The notes under the pieces are model-generated. The model saw nothing but the letters and a program-made list of their open reading frames with translations, was not told the origin of the DNA and searched no databases. A stretch of DNA of 64,000 nucleotides from Nemertoderma westbladi. Lineage: Eukaryota > Animalia > Xenacoelomorpha. Positions 14,341 to 26,015 of this stretch are shown piece after piece; the first letter of the stretch is position 1; every line of letters starts with the position of its first letter. Made by a program: the position numbers and the translations under genes. The DNA lies in contig JAUCBJ010009041.1 in the NCBI GenBank assembly GCA_032718475.1, forward strand, positions 62,001 to 126,000, written 5' to 3'.

Positions 14341-14899
14341 GTTTTATTAAAGTCCCTTTTGCTCGAAAGGGACTGGAAACGGCCCATATCTTTGTTGCAT
14401 CATAAATAAATATGGTCGCCAAATGAGTTCTAGTTACCTCTGGGGAGTTCTGGGGGAACCGTACTGTAAGTAAGCCGTCAGACTGTGTCATCCCAGGTCG
14501 ACTGCCTCAAATACCCTCACTTTCTCAGTGAAATATATAACACAACGGGTTCTCAAAATCCCAAAATTAGCAATCATTCGAAAATAAAACCAATGCACTA
14601 CAACAGTACTACTATATTCTACCTGCTGATTGCAGCTGCACATATAAAGATGCTATGCTGGCTTAACAAAAACATTTGGGACACAATCATGCAATCCACA
14701 TTTGGCATTCCCCAATGCAGCGTGCATTTAGAATGCTGTGCTCAGCACAGCAGTTAGAGCCCAGCATGGACTCCCATAGAGGAGTACTGGAACTACTGCT
14801 GCTCTAAATAACCGGACCTTAAGTTTCCGATTAATTCTCGGTGACTTCCAAATCCCGATTTGTGTGCTTGTTGTATGTATGTATCATTATTTATTCACC

Positions 14900-15270
14900 T
14901 GACTTCCGGATCCATGATCCCAGGTAACAGAAGTCGTCCACATGCTCAAGCATACCATCCTTTGAGCTTATGCTCATCCGATCAGAGACTTGCTGAGGAC
15001 TTTCAAAGTTAACTGTCAAAAGTGTGTCTCCCTGGAGGACGCCTCATAACACTTCAAATGGTTCTGTGTCACCATCAACAGTAGACACAAATGTTGTCGA
15101 ACCATCGTATACTGATCTGATTGCTGCAATAATTTCATCAGGAATCCCATATAATGAAAGTATGCTGAACATACGTGAGCGAGAGACTGAATCAAAGGCT
15201 TTGAAGAAGTCAACAAAGATAACAAAATGGGTTCCATGGTCCCACGACCTTTACAGAACCAATTCTGATT
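14900..15270 (-). mobile_element. Decayed non-LTR retrotransposon (RTE-like) reverse-transcriptase fragment in HSF intron 3
   Basis: Minus-strand translation gives YGIPDEIIAAIRSVYDGSTTFVSTVDGDTEPF...GDT and MLEHVDDFCYLGSWI, typical LINE RT segments; internally deleted and frameshifted. Confidence 0.75.
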
Positions 15271-15571
15271 TCCAAATGCCTGAGAAATTTTTTTCTCAGA
15301 TTTTGAAGGTTCTAAATGAAATAAAAGGAATAGCGACGTCTGTGATAGGAAACTATGGAGAGGAAGGAACGCGTGGGCGAGGGAGCTACGGATGTAGGGG
15401 AAGGAAGGGAGCGAATGTAAACGAAGTACGAGTACAGTACACTACACACACACTTAGTAACTTGGTGATTCTCAACATGAAGATTAAATTATAATCATAC
15501 ATTAAAATTCCGCATAAATGCTGCCAAAGTCTTTTACTTAATAAAGATGATATCTGTATATTAAACTGTAC

Positions 15572-15973
15572 CTCATGGTAATCCGCGTTGTAGTTGGTGG
15601 TGTCGTGGGGCGCTACGGCACCAGGTGCGTTGTAGTTGGTGGTGCCGTGGGGCGCTACGGCACCAGGTGCGTTGTAGTTTGTGGTGCCGTGGGGCGCTAC
15701 GGCACCAGGTGCGTTGTAGTTGGTGGTGCCGTGGGGCGCTACGGCACCAGGTGCGTTGTAGTTTGTGGTGCCGTGGGGCGCTACGGTACCAGGTGCGTTG
15801 TAGTTGGTGGTGCCGCGGGGCGCAACCAACGAACCCCGCCCAGCCCTGTAGGTCGACGAGCTGCCGGCAACCCGACGTTTTATCAGCTTCAGCAACTCCG
15901 GACGGCCCCGTAGGAAGTAGGTATGTTTAAACTCAATCCCGTGGCTTGGAAGAGACATGAATGAGGGTTGAAC
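15572..15973 (-). CDS. HSF: Heat shock factor, exon 3 (end of DNA-binding domain plus repeat-containing linker)
   Basis: IEFKHTYFLRGRPELLKLIKRR matches HSF EFxHxxFxRGxxxLLxxIKRK; acceptor ttatcag, donor GAG|gtacag; phase 0 at both ends. Confidence 0.92.
15584..15825. repeat. 42-bp coding minisatellite (~6 copies; PHGTTNYNAPGAVA) within HSF exon 3
   Basis: Repeated gtgcgttgtagttggtggtgccgtggggcgctacggcaccag; frame-preserving. Confidence 0.95.
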
Positions 15974-16136
15974 CTGATAATTAAACCAAAGTTACAACTT
16001 AGGGACGGATATATTACTAAACAATTATTACAACAAACTTCCTAGGTCAACCAAGAATATCATTATTAATAAATCAGTACAAATTAATTTAGGCTATAAA
16101 ACCACAAAGATTCCATTATTAACATAACAAACCAAC

Positions 16137-16290
16137 CTTTTTGAATCCGTATAAGTTCAACTGGCGTATAAAGCTCGTCATGTTGTTGTGTTTGAAGTGG
16201 CGAGGTAAAACCTGCTCAATGAAATCGGCTGAAGAATTTATTAAGAAACTATTCCCTTCTGAATTCCACTCAATAAGTTTCGCGTAGAAT
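16137..16290 (-). CDS. HSF: Heat shock factor, exon 2 (DNA-binding domain core)
   Basis: LIEWNSEGNSFLI...VLPRHFKHNNMTSFIRQLNLYGFKK is the canonical HSF signature; acceptor tttcatag and donor AAG|gttggt are phase-compatible with neighbouring exons. Confidence 0.95.
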
Positions 16291-16994
16291 CTATGAAAGA
16301 TTACGATTATGGAATAGCGAGTGGCGCGTGTTACCGTACAATAACTGATGCAATCGCTGAACATAAATAAATTAATTTGGAACTGAGATACCGGTAGTTT
16401 GTCCTTCTGTCTATCCGGAAGTTGCATATGGATATTTATTTTTTCTATTAGATTTTTTAAGAGTTTTAAAAATTCAAACGTGTTTAATTTGTCAAGAAAA
16501 CACAGAAATTGGAAGAAGGTTAATTATTTTGCTAACTATAGCTCGTTACTTTCATTCACTAGTTTTGTAGGAGAAAGATCTCCTCTATCGCTACATTTTA
16601 ATGATAAAAAGTCTTTATAATTAAATAATTTGCTCTTTATAGTATTTTATTTGGACTCCAAAATAGATTACGTGAGCCATAATTTATAATTTTTTAATGT
16701 GTGAATCCAGACCGTCCTCATATATATTATATAAAAAATTTGATTCGATAAAACAGGTTTTGGAAAGAAGAATAAGCATACTCAAACCAGAATACTCCAG
16801 AAAAACGAGAGTAACCTGGTGGGGGTAGTCACCTTAAAAATAACAGTAGAGAGATAACTGATCATTGACTAAAGAACCAACACGTCTATTATAATATTAT
16901 TATTAACGTTTCTTCAGATCTATACCCACCAAATCGATATTTTTGGAATTTTTAAATTTAATAGCTACCGGTAATAAAGTAGAATATAACTAAC

Positions 16995-17908
16995 TTTGAG
17001 TTTACAAGATCCCAGAGTTTACCTATAAACCCATAAACTCCAGGTGTTTCATCTGTTTTTACAAAATCGGTACCGCTGCTGTTACCTGGTACCGGTACCG
17101 GTAGCAGAGTGAATACGGGAGAGGGGTTTACGGTAGCGGGTGTAAGGTAAACGGGAGCCAACGAGGTTTCTAGGAGTTCGGAGGATTCCACTAGAACACG
17201 TGACCGTTCCACAGCGGAACTTACGATAGGCTGGTTAATAGATAGCGAATTGGTTATCGTACTATCACTGCTCGTTACAGAAGGTCCTGGTATAGCGGTG
17301 AGGAACGCAACTTTGGAACCTTTACCGGTACCGGTAGGTGTAGATATGGAGGTAACGGTGCCGGCACCGGTACCCTCAGACACTGGCGGAGGAGCCTGCC
17401 GCGTATCGACTACGCCCAAGGTGAGCTCAGGAAGCGGAATGTTTCTGCCCCGCGGCGAGGTGTTACCAGTGGAGAACGAACCACCTCGTGTTAGTTTCGG
17501 CAACGAAGTTATTTCGCTGAAAGTTTGGTCGACTTGTTCAGATGTGTCGGATATATTGATGTAATTACCTACACCGGAATGAACGGTGTGCACAAATTTC
17601 TTGGGGATACCATTTGAATTGGAGGATTTAGCTACAGCAGGGAATACTAGTCTAGTGAGTTGGGGATTGGCAGGTCTAACATTTCTCATACGAATAGGTT
17701 TAGCTGTTCCTTTATTTTGAGTAGCTGGGGCGGTGTGGGTGTTGGATGTGGATGGTCTTTGGTCCATCGTCGTGCCTGCGTATGCATTCCGGTTTTGGAT
17801 TCTGGTAGGTGGATTTGGTCGACTTAATATAGTCGGTTTGTTTCTTCCTCTCTTTGACCCGTGTGGCATTGGTAACAAAAACTTACTGTTAGCGGTAGGC
17901 TTATTCAT
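16995..17908 (-). CDS. HSF: Heat shock factor, exon 1 (long low-complexity N-terminus plus start of DNA-binding domain)
   Basis: ORF ends ...PGVYGFIGKLWDLVNS, matching HSF helix 1 (FLxKLWxLV); donor AA|gttagt at 16994. Confidence 0.85.
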
Positions 17909-18062
17909 GTTACAGTGTTAGGCCCATTTCATTCAGTACCATATTCCAGTATTCACATATACCCGGTCCAGCCTGTACAGATTATACCGTTATCAGGTTA
18001 TAGCGGCCTATGCCGGTATGCATCTATCAGTCTATGTGTGTAGGGTGCAATGTGTCGAGACT

Positions 18063-19740
18063 GGTGCTTAGATCGTGGATTTTCCAGTTAACATTATTCC
18101 ATTTTGTATAAAACTGTAAAACAAGTAATGTGGTTGGGGAAAGCTGCTACTAAACAGCAACCAATCACGTTAATCCTGTTTAACACAGAGTCAATGAGAA
18201 TGGAATATTGCTAACATGAAAAAGTTCAGGTTACCATTATATCATATCTCAGGATCTGTATTCATTATTATGACTCTCCCTTTGCAGCCTTGTCTGTTTC
18301 ATTATACAAGTTGTACGTGTACCGAAAGGAAAGCAGTCAGGCGTCAGGCGGAACAGAAGAGGTACAGCAATTTAAATTATTAAGAATTGAAGCAACAGTA
18401 ATAATAGCCAAAGCCAATACCTGTACATAATACAGTAATACTATTAATACAGTAGCAGGTTTTGTTAATTCAATACTTTAAAGACTGAAAGAGCCTTAAA
18501 TGGGCCTTATTTTTCTCATGGTAGTTACATCGGAGCAGTAATGAGACGATTAAAAAAGTAGTGGAATGTAATTTATGCGATAAGAAATACACAGCAACCT
18601 CTGCATTATCGAGAAACAAACAAAAAATTGATAAAAGGAGAACCGACAGCAAAACTAAACCATTTCCACGCTGCCCAGCCTGCGAGCACCGTTCTTTTTG
18701 CTACTCTTGTGTCGGGAATGCTACAGACAGACCTTGGACCAATTGAATGGATAGGATGTAGCGTTTGCACGGGTGTAAACACTACGCCGACGACCGGCAA
18801 CCACTCCCGACAACAGAAAATATGAAAATGTAACCTGGGTTCGTAACTCTCGTTTATTGTTTTGGTTAGACTAACCTTCCACTGTAACTTCCACTGTTCC
18901 TTTCCCTCAATTAATAAACTTAACTTACTGACTTAAACTAAACTTAATTAATTAGCTTTAATAATGGTTGTCGGTGTTGTTTGTCGGCGTTACGGCGTAG
19001 CACTGTAGCATTTACACCCTGTTTGCACGAAGTGGTTGGTATCATAAAAGTTGTGTGAATAAAACGCAACACGAGATTCGGAGTGATGAACTATGATATG
19101 CTGATATGTGAGACCTGCATTTTGCTGTTTTGCCCACATTGAATATTGCTACGTCAGTATCAGTACGTGGCAACTACTTCAATGAGCTATTGTATAAGTA
19201 TATACAGTATGTTTATTACTAACTACTAGGATCGGCATGCTGCATTGCAGCTGCATTTTTAAGAATGCTGTGCCGGCTTGTCAACAAAAATGCACCGCCA
19301 CAACACCAATTATTACTAAACCAGACTTAACTATAAATATTTAATTTACAGTACATCATTGTGATTAAACTAATCAACTTATACTACGGTATTTTTTATT
19401 TTTCTTGCATTTATTATGCCTGGCTGCCTGGTATTGTATTATATAATATTATATGGCTTACTCGATTACTAACTGACAAACACTACACAGCACTGCACTA
19501 GCAGCTTAATTACTGTAATATCTGATTACTTTGGCTGTTTGGAATAATGGTAGGCCTAACCTGAACTTTTTGAAGTTAGCAATACTGCAATATTCCATTC
19601 TCATTGACTCTGTGTTAAACAGGATTAACGTGATTGGTTGCTGCTTAGTAGCAGCTCCCTAGCAGGTTTCTCCAACCACATAACTTGTTTTATATAAAAT
19701 GGAATAATGTTAACTGGAAAAGCCACGATCTCTAAGCACC
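18063..19740. mobile_element. Non-autonomous DNA transposon with ~175-bp terminal inverted repeats
   Basis: 18063-18240 (ggtgcttagatcgtgg...ccaatcacgttaatcctgtttaacacagagtcaatgagaatggaatattg) is the reverse complement of ~19547-19740; interior has decayed Cys-rich coding remnants (CNLCDKKY). TSD not clear. Confidence 0.8.
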
Positions 19741-19907
19741 CGTATGTCTGTATGTGTCGGGTCAGGTCAACCTGCCAATATCAGAATATCAGTCCACACT
19801 CCACAGTCAGTCAGTCCAGTTCCAGTATAGCCTAACTGCCTAACTAGTACAGTACCGGTTACCGTAGGAGAATAGTCAGGTATCGCGGTATCGGTGATCG
19901 GTAGTAA

Positions 19908-20391
19908 GGGGCCGTCCAAGTATGACGTCTGCACTTTTCCCCAAAATGTTGACCCCCTCCCTCCCCTAAATCAGATGTCATCAGATAGGCGTTGACCCCC
20001 CCCCCCCCCCCCCCTAAATCAGATTAAAAAAAAATTTGTAATAAACTTAATAGTTTATTACAAAAATTATTGTATTTTTTTTTTATTATGAAGATGTTTC
20101 ATTTTCAGGCGAACCCCAGTACCACAGTACCCCAGTAGCACGCGTCCTAATCACTGAAACATGGTGACTGGTAACTGAAACAGAAGGTTGTGCTAGGGGC
20201 CTTCGGGGGCTTCGAACAATTAAAATAGGCAAGCTATTTACTCTTCTGCTATATCTCTTCTAGCACCTATAAATGAACATGCTGACGTCAGATTTTGGCT
20301 GACCCCCTCCCCTCCCCTCATCAGCACGTCATCAGATTTTCCCAACCCCCCTCCCCCCCCTAAAGTGCTGACGTCATACTTGGACGGCCCC
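19908..20391. mobile_element. PIF/Harbinger (Tourist-like) MITE, 484 bp
   Basis: TIR GGGGCCGTCCAAGTATGACGTC at both ends, flanked by TAA (19905-19907, 20392-20394). Confidence 0.9.
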
Positions 20392-20645
20392 TAAGTCTGT
20401 AAGTACTGAAGTATGAAGTAGTGCTACCGCACCGCCCTACCGGCAACCGGTACTGCAGTAGCCTACTGCGTACAGGCAGTCGATGTTCAGGTTCCTCTGG
20501 CAGTCTGCTGGTCTGGTTAATTTCTGTAGGTACCGGTCTGCCGGTACCTGCTGCTGCTGCATTGTCATCATGATTGTGAACGAACACGCCCTGAGATTAC
20601 CGGTATCCAAGTTCAGGTACCGGTACTGAGGTATCAGATTACGGA

Positions 20646-22468
20646 TAAGGTAGAATAGAACGTCTGTCCTTATCTGAGCTGAGCTGATCTGACGGCATCT
20701 GATCCTATAACCAATCAGGAGAAAGAAATATAATATTTACCTAACTGTCTGTTAGTTAAATAGCCAATAGGGGATCACGTTTCATGTTGCCCTGTTCAGC
20801 CGTTACGTATCAGTATCATCATCTAACATAACAGTACAGGCGTACTGGTATGCATTCAATGCAGCAAAGGCAAGTTATTATATATTAAAAATGCTATATA
20901 CTATACTGTAGGATGAAGGATGTCGGGTATGAAAGTTGTGTGATTTCCCCAGCAGTGATGGGTAGAGTGTTAGATGTAAACAACTTTCGCATATTCAGTT
21001 GGTGTTGAAACATTAATCATTTATTAAAAACAATACAGCCTTTCTGACTTTGCTGCAATATTTTTCTAATCTTTCTTGTTAAATACAGTAGTTATTAATA
21101 TTAATAGTTGTTAATTATATTAACTATAATTAATATTTATTAAACAATGATACTTATTGGTATATCACATTTAAAATATTTATTGTTGGTTTGTTACGCT
21201 AAAGGGAAGGCAGGAAGGGGTACAGTCAGACAGTATCTCTGTACAGTACTGTACTGCCGAATATGGCGAAACATGCCCCATATTGCCCTGGTTGCAGCTG
21301 ATACAGCGGAGTTTATATACCCAGACGATGAATGGAGATGGGAAGGTGGGTGGGAATCAATAAACGCTGTTGTTACCTTCTAATTGAAGGAAAAGAGCAG
21401 GTTACAGCGGCGACAATTTCTAACCAAAACAATAAACGATGTTTTTTTTGTGTTTATGATTGTTTTTTTTAAAGACGAATTTTCACCCACCGCGCACCGC
21501 CGAAAAATACAAGTTTAATAATTCTTATGCAATTTTTACATATCTGCACTTTCCATTGAATTCAGAACACTCACAAATCCGTATGACGCAAGATACAAGG
21601 TGACACAATCAATTGATATTGTTGATGGGTTTCAAAGTTTTGTGCTAGCACCAAATTTTGCACCCATACTTCCGAAAAATACAAGTTTGAGATGTCTAGT
21701 TGTTAGATAAATATTTATTCCATTGAATTCAGAGCCCCCTTAAACCTCTAAAATGTAAGATATGAGTTGTCACAATCAATTGAACTATTGAATGAATTTT
21801 CAAAATTTCTTGCTAAAATTTTGCACAAAGCATCGAAAAATACAACGTTGATATGCCTGGTGCAATTCGTATATATTCCAACGAGACCGGAACGCCTAAA
21901 ATATCTATAGCGGAAAAAACAGCTTCAAACAATCAATTTACAAAATTGACATACAGTACCGTATTTCAAACCCGCCGCTAAAAACAAGTTTCAAATTTCT
22001 AGCTTAGGCCTATTTTATATGAATTCCTTTTAGTTAGTTTCAGTTAGTCTTTTAGGCAGTAGCGTTAGTTTCAGAGGGGGAGGTTTTATATTCCCCCCCC
22101 CCCCCCCCCCCACCCAGGTTTAAGGGAATACCGGGGAAACTTCACATGCTGACATGGGCAGAAACTCCAGTACTCATTTAGCTACACCATTTATAGCCAC
22201 CGGTGGTGTTATAACCGGATTGAATTGAATTGAATTGAATTAAGGATGCAAGACAGCTATGTCTCGCTAAACCCTTCAAAGCATTCGTGCCGAAACGAAA
22301 ACTACATTGGCCACCATGGCAGTGTTGAACCCACAACCTCCGAGAGACTGAGAGATGTGTATTAAATATAACCACTACACCAAGGTGGGCTCTGAACCAA
22401 GGTGGACAAAGTGTCAGATGCCGTCAGATCAGATCAGCAGATAAGGACAGACGTTATTAGCCATCCTA
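20646..22468. mobile_element. Non-autonomous hAT-like element, ~1.8 kb
   Basis: 8-bp duplication ATTACGGA at 20638-20645 and 22469-22476; subterminal inverted repeat aacgtctgtccttatctg...ctgatctgacggcatctga; internal degenerate ~150-170-bp repeats (gaaaaatacaag). Confidence 0.8.
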
Positions 22469-22490
22469 ATTACGGATTATGCTCTGATGC

Positions 22491-22875
22491 GAGGTAGAAT
22501 AAAACGTCTGTCCTTATCTGATCTGACGGCATCTGATCCTATAACCAATCAGGAGAAAGAGATATAGTTAAATAGCCAATAGGGGATCAGGTTGCCATGT
22601 TACGTATCAGTATAATCATATGACATACTGTAGCAGTGCAGTAGGCATTCAGGCATACTGGTATGCAGCCAAGGCAGCAAAGGCATGTTAAAAATGCGAT
22701 ATAGGATGAAGGATGGCGGGTATGAAAGTTCTATGATTGCCCCAGCAAAGATGGATAGTTTCAGATGTAAACAACTTTCGCAGATTTAGTTGGTGTTGAA
22801 ACATTAATAATTTATTAAAAACAATGCAGCCTTTCTGCCTTTGCTGCAATATTTTAGTAATCTTTCTTGTTAATA
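22491..22875 (+). mobile_element. Second, diverged partial copy of the left end of the hAT-like element
   Basis: Collinear with 20648-21080 (aggtagaat..aacgtctgtccttatctg ... gatgtaaacaactttcgca ... ttgctgcaatatttt). Confidence 0.85.
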
Positions 22876-23510
22876 GATAATTATTGCTACCATGGGAACG
22901 CTGCTAAATGAAAACTGACATGTTTTAGAAAAATAGCTACCATTCTAGAACAATACCATTATTTTAAAAACATATTGCTACATTTTATTGAATATTAGTT
23001 TTGGGAAATTTTGGTATACTGGGAGCTAAACCTGTTTTGTTATAACGGTGATATATGGTTCCAAAGATATACCCATATTTGAAATATTTTTATTTTTCAT
23101 CAATTTAATCTCATTCCACTCTGTTTCAAAATAATGACTTTATAACAAATATTTATGCCAATAAAAAACAACAATCAAGATGTGACTACAAATCACTTTA
23201 AAATGACAAGTGACATCTAAATGGCATTTCAGACAACACTTCTTCACAGGTTACCATGACTACCACTACAGATGCAATTGAAGATGACTCAGATATGACA
23301 CAAACGAATGACTTGACACCTCCCACAAAAGAGAGGTTAGTTCTTTTAGTATATTCACTTTAATTTATATATTTATCATAATTGTTCTTAGATGATTTCT
23401 GCAAAGATGATTCCTTCGATAATGACATTTTTGAATACTAAATCCTATTTATTTAATCCTACTTGGGCCGGGGGCATATTCCCAAACCTTACACTAGTAG
23501 GAAAAAATCA

Positions 23511-23682
23511 TGTAAGGAATGGAGATAGGGGTCGAACTAGTGTAAGAGTTTTATACTCAGTTTGCAGGTAGAAAGTATTCCAAACGCTGTAAGGAATGGA
23601 GAGAGGGGTCGAACTAGTATAACGGTTTTTATATTCAGTTGATAGGTAGAAAGTGTTACAAACGCTGTAAGGAATGGAGAAA
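23511..23682. repeat. 77-bp direct repeat, ~2.2 copies
   Basis: tgtaaggaatggaga recurs at about 23511, 23588 and 23666 with similar intervening sequence. Confidence 0.85.
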
Positions 23683-23799
23683 TTGGGTGAAAAATCATGC
23701 AAGGGTTATTATACCAACAGTATTAGAAGAATAGACTTAGACTAACATGTGATATTATTCCAGGCAGTAGAACATTGGATTATGGTTTATACAGGGCTG

Positions 23800-24040
23800 C
23801 ATGAGCTGCCCCCCACACATAAGGACAACACTGCGCACAATATTGTGCTTTGGCAGCCCCATAGAGAAAATAAGCATGATGGACAGCCCATGACTTTCTT
23901 AAGACGCCTCCTAAAGGACACTGGCCTTGAAGATGCAGCTAATCTCGCGAAAGTCATGGGGGGTAGGGAATTGTGGCGGTGCAACTTTGTTGATAACCGG
24001 CATAGCATTCTTAATGTACGCTGCATTTGGCTTGCCAATT
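23800..24040 (+). mobile_element. 3' end of an RTE-like LINE (same family as copies at 58160-58330 and 58540-58680)
   Basis: NIVLWQPH...GQPMTFLRRLLKDTGLEDAANLAKVMGGRELWR resembles the LINE ORF2 C-terminal motif (LWxP...GRP...DTG...MxDRxxWR). Confidence 0.7.
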
Positions 24041-26015
24041 GTGGATTGCATCATGACCTACTATAACAGGTTATAACTGTTATAGTAGGTCATGATTGCA
24101 TCCAACAGTTATCCAACGGTTATCCAACAGAGCAAGCGCCATTTTCATGGCCATGTTAGTTTTCGTGCTGTGCTCCCTTTCGCGCACCCATCTCCAGTAC
24201 TTTTGTACTAAGATTTTCAATAGTTTTCATAATTCACTACAATTAATTTATTTGCGATATATAGCGGTTTTTTGGATGCTGAATGCGATTATAGAACTGC
24301 AATATGTATAAAAATATATTCGTGAAATTTTTTCGTAATTTTTAAAGTGTCATCTGGGGTACAAATAAAACAAGTACTGCAAATATGTTAGTCAAAAATC
24401 ACGTCAAGAGCTTCAGTTCATTCAAATTTTGCCTCCTTCCTGTTGGTACATGACTTGAATTTGCACAACTCAATGCAATGATGTTGATGTTTGTTTTGTA
24501 GGCAGATACAGAGTGAGTACAAAACAAAGACTCAACACCCAATTATAAAGAAAAATTCTGGAAACCCAGGAGGAGTTGAGTGAAACTACAGTATATATCG
24601 TAGCTTAAGTGTCATAAGAGACGAGGCCCTAAGTAGATTTTTGTTGGATTTTACTTTTTTATACAATTCCACACTTTAACACATATGCTCTATCAGCTGG
24701 TGAAGTTTTGAAAATTGTCTAATGTTTATTCTAACTGATAGACGTACTTTAGATACATTGGACAACAATAAATAATATATTTTTTTTACCAGAATATCGT
24801 TTTATGATATTGAAATGAAGATGTATGATATACTATATGACGACATACGATGACATACGATGACATGAGTAGTAGAAGAAACATAGTTCTGAACGAACTC
24901 CTCCCTAGCTTGGGCTACGGCTCGCATCTCGGAGGCAATTAAAAAATGCCAAATTTCTGCGCTAAATCGAGGTGTTTAATGACCATCTGTCACCATCAAT
25001 ATTGATTCGCGTCGTTGCCTTCAACCCATCGTTGCTTATCACCTACGCGTAGCCTAACCTCGCGATGCCTGCCTTACTCGACAACTGTTACCACCCGTGA
25101 GTATTGATTCGCGTCGTTGCATCAACCAACCATCGCATATTCATCTTCGCGTAACCTAACTTCTCAACGCATGGCTAGCCCCCACTACGCTATTATATTA
25201 TATCGAATCGATTGCCAACTCACCACCACCGCTACTCCTCGACGGCTGTCGCCAAACCAATCCAGTCCAACGCTATTATGATACGTGTTGAAATTCCGCC
25301 ACGTTCCACCTACACGTATACGAACATTTCCATAGTAGTTACTCAAGCTAACCGATCCCGTAGCATCTGTGCCATATTGAAAGGCTTCCACAGCTAACAT
25401 TATACTGTACGTTTTTTATTATAATAATTATTGATTATTACACACACAACCCTATGATTCATATTCTTTCACGTATTTCCTATCCACGCAATCAACCAGC
25501 CAGCTATTCATCCACGTTGCTCCCCATCTCTTTTCTTATTCGTTGATGATTATGACACGTACCATCTCTTCTTCGTTGACTATGCCACATCGCAAATTTT
25601 TATATATATAAGTGAATGTTTTTAATAAAATTCATCACTTGTAATCTTCTTCATGGTAATATATTGATACCATATCTAATTTTTTTGTTCTCACTCTGAC
25701 ATTGTGTTTTTTTCCTTAATAATTTATACATTATCTTACTCGTTGTATATTCGTTGGTCGGAAAACGACACCTCATAAAATGATACTGATTCCAGCATTG
25801 GGTATCGCCTCAAAAACGAAAATCTGAGCTACGTGTCTCGCTCAATCTTTGTTTTTGAGTCGATACCTAATGTCGAACTCAGCATCATTTTTCTAAGGCG
25901 TCGTCTTCCGACCAAACACAATTTTAGAGTGAGAACTATGGTGTCAATTTATTACAGCGATACGGTTTAAAATTTATCACTTGTAATATTTTTCGTATTT
26001 ATTATTATTATTATT

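Noticed and set aside
15024-15494. 156-aa plus-strand ORF
   Set aside because: Antisense to a decayed LINE RT fragment inside an HSF intron; no protein features.
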